A stretch of DNA of 64,000 bases, taken from positions 69,068,001 through 69,132,000 of the forward strand of contig NC_043002.1 in the NCBI RefSeq assembly GCF_006345805.1, in the 5' to 3' direction. Below, piece after piece: positions 50,611 through 63,274 of this stretch. The notes beneath the pieces were generated by a model that saw only the letters and a program-made list of their open reading frames with translations, had not been told where the DNA came from and made no database searches. The DNA is from Octopus sinensis. Taxonomy: Eukaryota. Each line of letters begins with the position of its first letter. Position 1 is the first letter of the stretch. Position numbers and translations under genes: made by a program.

Positions 50611-51830
50611 AAGTGGGATGAAATAGTAAGGACTGATCTCAGGATGTTGGGCCTCACAGAGGAAATGACAATGGACTGAGATGTCTGGTGATATGAAGTT
50701 CTTGAGAAGACCTGCCAAATCAGTGATACTGAGTTCTAGAAGCACTATGTGTCCTACCCGCACTTAAGAAAACTTCTCACACTACCACAACAAACCAAAC
50801 TACGTCTCTACATCACTTCCTCACATTTCCACTTCATGCATTATGCTTACCTCCCACTCCCCAATACCATCCTCTTGGCCCTGTGCCACTGTATCATTGC
50901 TATCTGCTAGCTTTTGACCTGTGTGTTCTACCCACATGTAACAAGAAAACTTTTCATACACCATACCCCAACAAAATAATCTACATCTCTTCCTCACATT
51001 TCCTCCTAGCTCTCACTCCCCAATCCTGTCCTCATGGCCCTGTTCCTCTGTATCATTGCTGTCTGGTAGCACTCCCTCCCAACTCTGTACATACCCAGGT
51101 TTTTACCAGTCACTTCCCTACCTCCGCACTCTTTAATCACATTCCCTTTGCAATATCCTGCGACTTATATTATGGCATTCAAGCCTCAAGGGTATGCCCT
51201 GGCACTTGCCACCATCTATATCTCTCTCTTCCTTTACTCAACCATCCCATTTATATTCTGATCCCTGTCACTTTGCCACCATCTCTATCCTGCTGTCTCC
51301 AACTCTCTCTCCTTTTCCTACACTTCCTTCAAGTTGAGTAACTATGTATTTCCTTTGTGACAGCGCACCTGTTCTGTCTTCATTCCTGACTTCTCTCTCT
51401 CTCTCTCTGGCTGGGTAACCTTGTACCTCTTCTACAGCAAGATACCTGTTTCTGTCTCTGCCTCACTATAACCTTTCATCATCCGACACAAGATCACCTC
51501 CTCCAATGCCCCCTCCCCTCTCAAAAGAAATTTTTTTTGTCTTGCAAGTACTTGGTGACTCTGTCAGTGCAGGTGCCACTTAAAAGCACTCACTCCACAC
51601 TGTAAAGTGGTTGGCACTTAGAAGGGCATCAAGCTGTAAAAATCTTGCCAAAACTAACCTCACCTGTACTTGTGCTACATAAAAAGCACTAAGTCCACTC
51701 TGCTGAGTGGTTGGTGTTAGGAAGAGCATCCAGCTGTAAAAGTCCTGCCAAAACAGTTACAGAAGTCTGGTGCAGGCTTCTCTCTGGCTGGCTCTTGTTA
51801 GTATGGAAGGCAGATGTTAAGTGATGATGA
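50611..51830 (+). mobile_element. RTE-type LINE 3' end: last codons plus long pyrimidine-rich 3' UTR ending in (GAT)n; likely source of family B
   Basis: KWDEIVRTDLRMLGLTEEMTMD*DVW*YEVLEKT resembles an RTE C-terminus; the 3' end ggttggtgttaggaagagcatccagctgta...gatgttaagtgatgatga equals family B in sense orientation. Confidence 0.75.
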
Positions 51831-52299
51831 TTAACCATAATGATTGCCATTAATGTTTTTAGTCTCAGGAATCTGTACCTTATTATCACTGTTGTTACAT
51901 TGTACATTGCTTATCTTCCTGTTTTTCTCTCTCTTAGTTTTTCTTCATTTGTAGTTTTTTGTTGTTGTCTGTATACATGAAATGATTTAACAACTTAGCT
52001 GCCACTTTAGTTTTGTGGTTGGTAGTAAAAATACATAGTTCAATAATTTATATTTAAATCTGCGAGAAATATGAGTAAATAAAAACAAATGGAAAACTGT
52101 AATAAGAGCTGAAGTTGGCTCTTAGTGGAAAAGTTAATGGTTCATATTTGTTAACAATACTGTTGTGTTCATGCCCAAAGCACTTGGACTTTTAATAGCT
52201 CAGTCCACTTAATTGAAAATAGGTATCATAACATAGGTAATATACATTGCTGTAAAAAACAGGGGTACTTCATTAATGAACTTGTATTGTTCAGGGTTT

Positions 52300-53470
52300 T
52301 GTCTCCAGTTACTTCTACCTGAGTTTCAGCATTTCTGTTGAATCTGGGCTGTGGTTCTTTCTTGATGGGTATGCTAGCATCCATGACACAGGTAAAAGAA
52401 AGCTTGTCATATAATGCAATGCCTTATCATATAATGATTAACTGTTGAGCCTTTTTCCTGATAATTCCTAAAACATTTGTTAGTATCACCTTTCTTGCTG
52501 TCAGTTGAGTTTTTTGAGTTTTGAATTTTTTCCTGACAAGCAATTGCAGATGTTTTCAGTTCACATTTTGGTTTGTTACAGTGTATGCGTGTTTTGGTAT
52601 CTCTGACAATTTTTTGCAAGAATATGTCATATTTGTTATCAGGCATGGGTGCATGGTAAGAAGCTTGCTTCCCAACAGTGTGGCACCTTGGGCAAGTGTC
52701 TTTTCCTTTCACCTCAGGCCAACCAAAGCCTTGTGAGTGGATTTGGTTGATGGAATCTGAAAGAAGCATGTTGTGTGTGTGATCACGGCTTGACAACCAA
52801 TGTTGGTTTGTTTATGTCTCCATAACTTAGTGGTTTGGCAAAAGAGACCAAATAAGTACCAGGCTTTAAAAAAAAGTCCCGAGTCAATTTGTTCAAATAA
52901 AAATTCTTCAAGGCAGTGCTCCAGTATGGCCACAGTCTAATGACTGAAACAAGTAATCAATAAAAGTAAAAGATCCAGAAGTGATTAACAGATTTCAGAA
53001 TTATTTTGTTTTTGCAATTCCATGAATTATTTTGGTAGAAACTTTGCTGAAACCAAATTTATTGTGAGTGGTTTCATAAGCAAAACCTTGAGTAATTTGT
53101 GTAAGACTTAGCACTTCATCAATAGTCATCTCTCTGTTCAGTTGGGCCATATTACAGACTTGTTCAATATTATCATCAGTCCAGGATGTTGTTGAGAATT
53201 GATCTTCTTGGTTTTTTCAATCCATTTGTAAACAATTGGTAATGGTGAAAAACCGAACCCCGTACTATGCTGAAGGTCTTTGATGGATTTTGACTCCAAA
53301 TACACTTTCAGTCCACAGAAAATGAGTCACTGAACAATGCTCTTCTTTGGAGCAAACTGGAAGTGGAGTGACCATAGTTAACATACTGACAATGATAGCT
53401 TGACAGTTCAATTCCAACTTGCATGTTTAGTGACATATGTACAGTTATTTTTTTAATAATAGGAACCTAG
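52300..53470 (-). mobile_element. Decayed mariner transposase, split by a SINE
   Basis: ATG at 53375: MVTPLPVCSKEEHCSVTHFLWTE..KIHQR..VYKWIEK; TDDNIEQV..MTIDEV..GFAYETTHNKFGFSKV; beyond the SINE, DIFLQKIVRDTKTRIH and YQEKGSTVN (decayed FLxRIVTGDETWIH and catalytic region). Confidence 0.75.
52641..52972 (+). mobile_element. SINE family A inserted in the mariner remnant
   Basis: Head, core and tail motifs present. Confidence 0.88.
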
Positions 53471-54954
53471 TTGTAGCTATTATACCTGTTTGTGAAATAA
53501 TTTATACATTTATATAGTTTAAAAAATGTCAAGTACCTCAGAATGAGAGGTAAAAGTTCCAGTGAGCCACACTTGTAGCTGGTTTTGATCTCATCTGAGA
53601 CTAATGTACTTGAAGCCACCAACAATTTCAGTGGTGTGAACATCATACATCTCAATAAGCACTCTTGAAAATGTGCAGCCTTGTGCCTGACTGAGAAATC
53701 AATTGACTAGTTTTCTGTGATGTGTTGATCATCAGGTTGTAAAATATTAATAACAGTTACACACAAGATGTGTTGAAGCATTTTACGATTTTATTGCTTT
53801 TGTATATTTCATTTTAATCTGATTCTAACATTGCACTCTTCAGTGTGTCATCATCATGATCATGATAATATTTAAAGTTTTATGCTAAATATAGTTAGGA
53901 GGTGCCTGAAAAATACTACATCTTCACTGACTCGTTCCTGTTTTGTTTTGTCTGTATGGTGCTTCATTCTCAGATTTGATCTTACTACATTCTACAATCT
54001 TTTCAGTCATAGTTGTTTTCATTTATGTGTCCATAAGCAACAAGCCCACCACTTCTACATGTATTGCCCAATACCTTTGTCTCTTAATCAATTTCTCAAC
54101 TTCTCTGTCCTTAACCTTTTCTTCAAAGTAGACATTGTACAGCCAATAGATCATACAGAATTCCCAGCCATTTATATTCATGCCCCAGATATCACTGCCT
54201 TAAAATATCTCCTTTGTTGCTGTTTTTCTAATAACTATAGCAATGATACAGAATAAGCATGAGAGGGAGATTGATGGCAACCATCTTAACATTACACCCT
54301 CTACATTAACTGAAGCTCTGTGTGGTTGTTGACTAGTTAGAAAGAGCAGCCAAATCTTTGCCAAATCACCCTTTTTTGTATTAACAAAGGAAATGACATT
54401 GCATAATATAACTACTCTGAAAAAAATGGGATGGTCACATTTGTAAATCCTTTCACCATAGACCTACTTTAGAGTTGACCTGAAGCTAAACAACAACAGT
54501 AATTGCTGCTGCTGGGTAGTCACTGTTTCCATGACCTATCACTAACTCACTGCCTGACCACCATTAATGTTTGTTTATCAAGTTAGCTAACGGCTTGCCA
54601 GAGCAATCAGCCAGCAGACATGTAGAGCAGCCACTACTGACAGTTCTGTGAAAGTGTTACAGGCTTCGCAACTCCTTCAGTATTGACTCCACCCCCAAGA
54701 CCACCCCTAGTTCTCTGATATAAACTTTCTGGTTTGAAATAATCTAAAGTGAAACCTTCCACTAAAATTTCACGTTAATTTACTTTACCACTTTAATACC
54801 TCCAGTTATTTTACTGATTTCTTCATTATTTTTTAAAATTAAATTGAAACAAAACAGTGTATTTCAACAGAAATGTGGTAGCAAAACCTCTCAAACATTC
54901 CCCACCCTTCTTACTAAATGCAGATGTGTACACACATGCATGCATGTACACGTG

Positions 54955-54956
<2 letters not shown>

Positions 54957-55007
<51 letters not shown>
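54957..55007. repeat. (CA)n microsatellite
   Basis: Read directly from the sequence. Confidence 0.95.
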
Positions 55008-55008
<1 letters not shown>

Positions 55009-57990
55009 AAGTCATTTTCAAAGCAAAATTATTTTAAAACTAAAATGTCATTTGAAGCACAGTTTTGCGCAGTAGTCCACTTGAACCCTGAGCTCCATGG
55101 CATGTCTCAGACATTTAAATCTGATGGAGTCCATACTTCTTCAGGTGACCACAGCTAATTTCTTCTTGAGAGAAAAAAATGATAAATTGACCTACAGAGG
55201 GTCTGAATGAACTGCAAAACACTCACAAAGTTAATTGACTAATGATGGATGCACTCACACATGTGCATGCATTCTATATGCACATATGTGTGTTTGTTTA
55301 TATTATTTGTCTTTAGATACCTATTTTTTTCTAGCTTTCTAAAATGTCAGATAAACATGAAATGCCACCCCTCATCAGTTTGTGACACAGCTTCCTTGAG
55401 AAAATGCACAGATGGCTGCTTTTTCTCTGCGTCTGCTACCAAAAATTGTTTTCTAATATTTTTTTTTTTTTTTGAACTGTAGATTCTTTATATAATTTCA
55501 CTGATTCTTTCTCTTCACCTCTGTTATTTCATAAGATTAATTAGAGTTATTGTGAAGGTTTATTCTCCAAATCATACAACCATCTTTATGCTATATCTAG
55601 TACTGCATGTACTTACACATGTGCATTTACATGTGTCTTGAGTAGAAAGTTATACATCTGAAGGAAAATTTAATTTAATAATTAATTTCAATAAGATCGT
55701 GTAATGATTGATGGTATAGTGTGGTATAACTGTATTAGACTAAATGAAACAGTAAATACATTTTTTCCCCGTTAATTCCATTAATCACAGAAACATGGCT
55801 TCTTTAAGTTTTAACTAGGATTCAGTTCACTATTAACAATGTAGGATTTCATTCTCCTGTGATTTCACTATGATAATTAAAATATTCATTTTATCCTGTT
55901 ATACTTCCAGTTCTTTTCAACCAGGTATAATATTTGCAGCCATTTGACACCAAAATATAGTGCACTACATTATATTTATTAAAGTATCATCTATCTTGCT
56001 CATTTATGAATTCATTACATTACATTCTCCTAGATCCATACAGTTATTTAGTCTCAACTCTTTTTGGATGACTTTAACTTATATCTGTCTAAGGTTGATA
56101 AGGATTTGATAAAAATAAATACTAGTAATATATTGGGGTCAGTTTGATCGATTATACCTCCTCAGATTTTCTGTGTCTAGACAAAAGAATCAATATTTAT
56201 TTGATATCTTGCAGACCCTTTCAACTCAAATGTGTCTAATGAAAGTATCTAGGAAAATTTATGCAAAGAATGAAGGACACTAGCTAATGATAAAATCTGT
56301 TTTTTTCCCCCCTTATCAAAGCTATGCATACATTCATGAGAGTAGCTGTGTGGTTAAAGTACTCAGCTATTGATCAAAAGTTCACATATTAGTGTTTAGT
56401 AACACTCTTAAGCAAAGTAAATTTGAAACATTTAACTGAAAACACAGCCACCTCCCCTATGTTACAGCTTGTGTTAGCAATAAGCACCACCTTCTACATG
56501 AACTTATACAATGTCATATCTTTGGTGTGGATTTCACTAGTTTGTACAGGCATGGTAAAATAAACATGAGAAGAAAGAGAGGTGGGATACAGGAAGGACT
56601 GGGGGAAATGCCCATGTTATTAGTCCATAATTAGGGGAAGGGTTAAAGTTAATCTTTGAAACCAGTTCAAAGTGTTAACTTGATATCTTAATCATGACCT
56701 GATAAAAATATCATCATGAACTATTTGAAACTTGATTTACTGTTCATTTTTTTTAATGTTTCAAGGTGGCTTAATAAATATTCAAAGGTAGTGCATTTGT
56801 CATAAATTTTTCTTTGTGGAATCGCAAATGTGTTGCCATTTTTGCTTATATTGGGTTTATTTTGCAATATTTATTTTTCTTTCTCTGTTCCTCTTGTTGT
56901 ATCTAAAATAGATGTATATATAACACACAATCTATTAGGTTTTTGGAACAGTACTGACGGCTTTTATCTTTTTGTAATGATTTAAGCGTCAGCATATTCG
57001 AGTGTTGCTTTTTGTTGCCTTCTATAATCCTGCAGTGTGTGTGTTACCAAAGCTACATTTCAAATGCTAGGTTTTCATTTCAGAGCTAGAAAATATTTCA
57101 GCCCTGGCAAGTTGTTGGGTGATCTTCAATGCTCAAGTGTTGACTAATGATGGAGTACTCCATCTATATTTGAATCAGTGCAGTTGCACATACAAACACC
57201 CCAACCTAGTCAAGTTGATTGTCAAAGGCTCACTCACAAATATGTTATAGCCTCACTATCTTCTCTTTCTTTCTTCTATAGCAGCTTATGTTCCTTTGGC
57301 TTAAGAACCAAGCTATATATTACCCGTTGCCCTCCTTACTCTCCCTAACCCACACTTTTTTTTCCAATCGTTTTTTTTTTTTAAAGAAATGTGTAACCCA
57401 TTAGAATTGTCTCCCTGCCTACATTTCCCATACAGATATCCTACAGACGCTCAAATCACCCTTAATCAGTCAGGGCGAGCTTGCAATATTAATTGGTTCC
57501 ACTTCTCCTCTGACTGTACCAGTTAGGAAATCTCTGTCTGCACTTGCTCAACCTGCTGGAAATAGCAGCCAAATCACCCTAAAATCCATCTCAAGTAGCA
57601 AAAGAAAGCTTTAGATGATACAGCTCTGTATATCCCTAAAATATGAGATCAGGGCAAGAACACGTTTCATCATATCAACTCAATCAAAGATGACCTGAGG
57701 CTAACAACAACAACAACAGTATTAATAATAATGAATATTTAGATTTAACTAGGCATTTTATTTGCTGAGATTTTAGAATTGTGCTGAGTTTTATGTGGCG
57801 ATGATGGTGATGACTATGATGAAAATGGTAATGTGGAACCAGTTTATTAACTGATTAGTGTTATCACTTATATATGAATGATTTTAGACTAAAAGTAAAT
57901 TACAGAGAATAATCAATTGTAATCCATATTCCAAAAGTCTTGGGACTCAATAAAGCCATTTACAACAAAACCAACTAAGTGGGATATAAA

Positions 57991-58215
57991 TGTGGATTGT
58001 GTAATGAGTGTCTGTAAACAATGGATCACATCATGCCTAGCTGTTCAGGCTTGGGCAAATTGAATTACATACAAATGCATGATTGTGTTGTTAGGTACAT
58101 CCATTGGACAATATGTAAACACTATCAAATCAGAGCAGACAATATATTGTGTCAACATTTTCTAAAACCTGTCATTGAAATTGATCTAGCTGTTATGCTG
58201 TATGATAGATATGTA
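57991..58215 (+). mobile_element. Old fragment of an R4/Dong-like (REL) retrotransposon zinc-knuckle region
   Basis: CGLCNECL*TMDHIMPSCSGLGKLNYIQMHDCVVRYIHWTICK aligns with CRVCKQQNETIDHVVSKCSLLAPTEYLNRHDRAAQYIHWVICK of the 59 kb element. Confidence 0.75.
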
Positions 58216-58651
58216 TAACTTAACTTTTTACAGTAATTTTGCAATGCAAGCTTGGTTGGTTTGATATTTGTTGGAATTATTATTTCACATTGAGATGCTG
58301 TTCCTATCATTAACTACTTAATTTGTGGAATGGGAGTGGCAAAGCTTGTGTTTGTCAGTCAGGTAAAACTGGTGCAACAGAATTATGTGCATTGTTCAGG
58401 TGCATAGACACAATGATGGCAGTAGTAATGGCATGAGCATGTCCTTCGTTACTTTAATGATTCTCAGCTGCTATGTCTTTGATCGGGAAATTAGGTGAAA
58501 TGTGCAGACGTTGTCTTTGAAGACACTTAAGAAAGAAATGTTCACTAACATTTTTATCTTAATAGATTGAGATGCTAGTGAAATAATAGATTTAGAAATA
58601 AAGGTAAAGTATCTGGAAGATTCAGGTACAAACTGGCTGTACTGCACAGTT

Positions 58652-58856
58652 GGGAGAATCGTTAGTATCCTGGGCAAAATGCTTAGTGGCATTTTGTTTG
58701 CCTTTGTGTTCTGAGTTCAAATTCCGCCATGGTTGACTTTGCTTTTGATCCTTTCGGGGATAAATTGAGTACCAGTGAAACACTGGGATTGATGTAATTG
58801 ACTAGTTCCCTCCCCCAAAATTTCAAGCCTTGTGCCTTTAGTAGAAAGGATTATTA
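58652..58856 (+). mobile_element. SINE family D
   Basis: gagaatcgttag...gttctgagttcaaattccgcc...gccttgtgcctttagtagaaaggattatt. Confidence 0.85.
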
Positions 58857-59083
58857 TTTTTACGGAGATATACTTGCATAGCAAGTGACCTGATCTGAGA
58901 TCGTGTGCTGAAACAAAAACAATTGCAGCATGGAAGGTGTTTGTAAGCCATTTAAAAACACACAAAAACCATTAGATTCACTTAAACATTTAAATTTAAT
59001 TTGCCAAAATATTTTCATCGCTTTGAAACCAGTTCACTGACAAAATTCCATGCTGCATTATTATTATTATTATTATTATTATT

Positions 59084-60078
59084 CTGTTTGACTTTTGCTT
59101 TATATTTGTACAAGTTGGCTCCAAGTCTCACCCAGAGACCTCAAGAGACAACAGGGTTGGAAGTTCATGTTGTTGTTATGCCTAGTGTGCCATATATTTG
59201 GGGGGTGGGGATGTTGTACTAATGAATGTCTAAAAAAAAAAAAAAGTTTTTTTTTTTTTCTTTTTAAACTGAAAATTATGGTTGTTTTAAACCTTGAGGT
59301 TACATAGAGAGTATTTTGCGTAGGATATGAGCAGTTCCCATGAGCACTATCTTTTGAACTTCTGCCATTTTTGGGTTTCCTGGTATCTGAGTTAGGTAGC
59401 TATCAGCCCCTTTTGCTATCATTCCCAGGGCACCTATGACAACAGGTATTGTTTTAGTCTTCAGCTTCCACATTTTGCTGATTTCTATTTCAAGATCTTT
59501 ATATTTGCTCAGTTTTTGGTAGGTCCTGACAGATACGTTTATATCGATTGGGACAGTCATATCAATGAGGAGGCATGTTCTTTGTTTGAAGTCTTTCAAT
59601 ATGATGTCTGGCCTATTTGCATCTATCTTCCTGTCAGTTTGAATGGTGAAGTTCCAGAGGAGTGAGATGTGGTCATTTTCAAGCACTGGGGGTGGTTTGT
59701 GTTCCCACCAGTTTTTTTTCATGGGGCAAATCCAGGTTTTTACAGATTACCCAGTGAATATATTGTGCAGCTCTATCGTGCCTGTTGAGATACTCTGTAG
59801 GCGCTAGAAGACTGCACTTGGAGACCACATGGTCAATGGTTTCATTTTGTTGCTTGCATACACGACACGTGGGACTGCTTCTGATCTTTAATATGTTGGC
59901 CTGGTAGTTTCTTGTTGGTAGGCATTGATCTTGAGCTGCTATGATAAACCCCTCTGTTTCAGATTTTAAGCCAGAGGCCATTAGCCATTGATGGGTCAGG
60001 GCTTTGTCGATATCTGCATTATTCGCTCTCTTTGGGTATTTGCCATAGAAAGGTTTTTCTTGCCATTTATTATTCAGA
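59084..60078 (-). mobile_element. 5'-truncated R4/Dong-clade non-LTR retrotransposon (CCHC knuckle, restriction-like endonuclease, 3' UTR)
   Basis: ETEGFIIAAQDQ, CRVC-x7-HVVSKC, RHD, RPDII..LIDMTVP..KLSKYKDL; one +1 frameshift in the T8 run at 59712-59719; stop at 59300; (ATT)n on both sides. Confidence 0.92.

Positions 60079-60146
<68 letters not shown>
60079..60146. repeat. (ATT)n microsatellite; partner tract at 59057-59083
   Basis: Read directly from the sequence. Confidence 0.95.
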
Positions 60147-60148
<2 letters not shown>

Positions 60149-60360
60149 GGTGGTGAGCTTGCAGAATCAACAGCACAGCAAACAAAATATTTAGCAGCAT
60201 TTTGTCTGTCTTTTGTTCTGAGTTCATATTTTGCTGAGGTCAACTTTGACTTTCATCATTTCAGGCTTGATAAAATAATAACAGTTGAGAATTGGGGCCA
60301 ATGTAACCAACTCACTCCAGCTCCACAGAATTTCAGACCTTATGCCTGTAATGGAAATGA
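60147..60360 (+). mobile_element. SINE family D
   Basis: aaggtggtgagcttgcagaatc...gaggtcaactttgactttcatc...tail ending attattatt. Confidence 0.85.
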
Positions 60361-60474
60361 TTATTATTATTATTATTATTTAATATTAAAAGTAGTCAAA
60401 ACGAACAAAAGGAAAAGCCAAAAGATCTTAACTTACATATTTACATATGAAAAAAGAGAAAATGTTTCTCTCTT

Positions 60475-60720
60475 TACTTGGTGTGTTGGAGGAAGAGACC
60501 AAATTGATGCTAATAATGTTCCTCTTGAATGTTGCAGAAAGGACATGAGCAAGGAGAGAATTCCAGAGGGAAGGCATTTTGAGAAGGAAGGACTGGATAT
60601 AGTGATTGATGCAGGACATAGAGGATTGAACACTGCAAGGATGCTGGGATGGGAGTGTCTGAGTAGAAGTGCTTAAGCTAGGATCTGAGTTGATTAAACT
60701 AGATTTGGAGCTCATGTATA
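60475..60720 (-). mobile_element. CR1/L2-group LINE 3' ORF fragment
   Basis: HYIQSFLLKMPSLWNSLLAHV...FKRNI matches the SFxxRxxxLWNSLP...FK C-terminal motif. Confidence 0.7.
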
Positions 60721-61999
60721 CCAGTATTAGAGAGTAGCAGGAGGTAATTTTGTGTCATCTTAAAAAATAGGAAAACATATTGGAAATTTCTGATGTCAGT
60801 ATAATTTACTGGTGATGTAATGAGAATTTGATTGAGTTACTCAGGCCACTCAAGGCTACAAACTCTAATAGTCGTATTAACTGCAGATTTCAGGACAAAT
60901 CTCTGAGGTCTTCTTATTGAGTGACTTAGTTATGTGACTCAAGTGCATTGACCTTAACAGCAAATAATGTCGAGTAAGTATTGATCTAGCTCGTGTCAGC
61001 TTGTTATTGAAAAAGGTGTGGTGATGATATTGTAAGCAACAGAAAGCTGAGATTAATAATCAGAATAATCTTTACTGTTCTAATAATGCAGCATCAGAAA
61101 AATATTAAAACAGCAGAGGTGATTTTGCTATAGATTAAAAAAATGTCATTTTAGGACTAAATCATTCATAGGTGGAAAACTAGAAGAGTCATTAGAGCAA
61201 TAGAGAAGGAGAAATTGTTTTGTAGTATTTGTTCCGGCTTTGTCAGTACTGAATCTAAATACTACTGAGGTCATCTTTGCCCTTCATTCATAGCAAGGGG
61301 GAAAAAAAAAAGAAAAAGGGGATCCGTTTAGAATGATAGACAGATTGCTGAAATGTTAGCACATCAGATGAGATGCCTTGTGGCATTTATTCTGGTTCTT
61401 TGTATTCTGAGTTCTGAGGTGTTAGACTTAATTGGTTGCTTAGTTTAATGCCACTACCTGGTCCTTGTGTGCTTTTAGTGGAGTTCACTCTGTGGCAAAT
61501 ATTCAGACCAGGTTTCCAGTTTGTGAGGATGACTTCTTTTCTTTTTCCCACCAGTTTTAGAAGCCCTGAAAAAAAAAAAAAAAATTAAGGGCATTGGGTG
61601 GTACTTTTCCATCTTCTTCCTGATTAAGTGGTTGAAAAAAAAAAAAAAAAGAAAAAAAATTCATTGGTAGATGTTTTATCAACCCAAGAGGAACGAAATG
61701 CAAAATCAACCACCGTTCTGATTTGACCTTACACAAAACTAGATATTAAACAGCTCTTCAATATTTGTCTCTTGTCAATTACTCTTGGAAAATATATTGT
61801 CACTCTTTGAGTTTTTAATTATTTAACAGTTTGAATTCATGTTACCAACTTAAAACCCTTTTTGACATTAAGTCTCTCAAGACCATTTTTTTTAACATAC
61901 TTTGTTCTTAATTAAAACTTTCCATTGTAATTTTATGTAAATACCTTTAGCTATATATGTAGTTGTGTTTATGGCTTTATTATTGAGAGGTTAACATCA

Positions 62000-62340
62000 C
62001 ACTTACATGGTCTTTAGTTTAGTCCCTCCAAGTGACATGTTGTGCAAGTGTCTTCTATAACTCTGGGCTGACCAATTTTTTTTTTGTGAGTGAAATTGGT
62101 AGACAGGAGTTGTATTTGTATGTTTATGTCTGTCTGTATATTGGCACTGCTTGGTGGGGGAAAAGTGAAATAACAAAAACAGATATCTTTATGTTCTATA
62201 ACTTAGTATTGCAAGAAATAGTGATTAAGATCAGTCCCAGACTTGAAAATATATACTGGGATCTGTATGTTCGACAACAAAAATTTCTAGACACTTTAAT
62301 AGTATGGTTGGAGTTGAACGACTGAAACATGTTAAAGAAT
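62000..62340 (+). mobile_element. Very degenerate SINE family A
   Basis: caagtgtcttctataactctgggctgacc...tgtgagtgaaattggtagac...gactgaaac. Confidence 0.65.
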
Positions 62341-62458
62341 ACACTGTTCCAAAGACCAGTTTAACAATGAACTAATGAGGTTATTTTATGAAATCTCTCC
62401 GAATATTTCATTATCTCTTGAATTAATTGGAACAAAATCACTGTATTTCATTAGAAAT

Positions 62459-62618
62459 CATCATCATCATTGTTTAGCGTCCGTTTTCCATGCTAGCATG
62501 GGTTGGACGGTTCTACTGGGGTCTGTGAAGCCAGAAGGCTTCATCAGGCCCAGTCAAATCTGGCAGTGTTTCTACGGCTGGATGCCCTTCCTAACGGCAA
62601 CCACTCCGTGAGTGTAGT
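62459..62618 (-). mobile_element. Family B repeat, young
   Basis: catcatcattgtttagcgtccgttttccatgctagcatgggttggacgg...ccactccgtgagtgtagt. Confidence 0.85.
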
Positions 62619-63041
62619 CATGAAAGGGTTTAGCAATGAGACTAGGATCAGGCAGCTACTAGGTGGGTTTTGTGAGATCAAACGGCTTTCACACAATGTC
62701 TATGTTGGCATTTAATGTCAAAAAGCTGGACAGAAATCACCAAGGCCAAATATTATGCCTCACTGCGATTACATTATAATTGTAGTTTGATGAGCAGACA
62801 AAATCAAACTCTTTAATTGATTTCAAATATAGCTGTTGTTTACGGTTTGATTTGATTTTCTTCCTTTGGCTCTTTTGTATTTTTGCTTTTTTTTTTTAAA
62901 CTTTTATTTTCATTTAAATGTTTAAATTCTTTCATTTGTCCATTGATTTGTTTTTTTTTTCTTTTTATTCATCAAATTTCTTTGTTTTATATAGAATCTC
63001 TTTGTTTCTTTCTTTTCTTTTTTTCTTTTAACTTTTTAACT

Positions 63042-63274
63042 TTAACCTTTTTGTTATCAACCCACCTGAGACTGACCCCCTGATTCTATGATACTAACTT
63101 ATTGTTTTAAATCATTTTAAACTAAAAGCTTCCATCAAAAATTTTGTGTTAATTTATGTTCTAACACCAGCTTAATAATGACAGTTTTTTTTACTAAAAT
63201 CTTTGTTATTTTTTAAAATGAAATGAAACAATGGCAGCATATCTCAACAGAAATATATTAACAAAAGAAGTTAA
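63042..63274 (+). mobile_element. Diverged family E MITE within a T-rich low-complexity region; related copy near 54690-54890
   Basis: ttaaccttttt...aagaagttaa ends; aatttatgttctaacaccagcttaataatgac core. Confidence 0.65.

Larger units (their letters stand above)
49342..55088. repeat. Long-range inverted repeat pair (49342-49445 / about 54935-55088)
   Basis: Perfect 22-bp core cattttagttttaaaataattt (49373-49394) vs aaattattttaaaactaaaatg (55026-55047), with flanking similarity and (GT)n/(CA)n. Confidence 0.8.

Noticed and set aside
58860-59056. Distinct segment between a SINE and the Dong target that may be another repeat
   Set aside because: It is single-copy in the window with no TIR, TSD or intact ribozyme core, so it cannot be classified.
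59679-60227. ORF with apparent signal peptide plus poly-N and poly-I
   Set aside because: It is a chimera of an antisense SINE, the (AAT)n microsatellite and the Dong ORF, not a real N-terminus.
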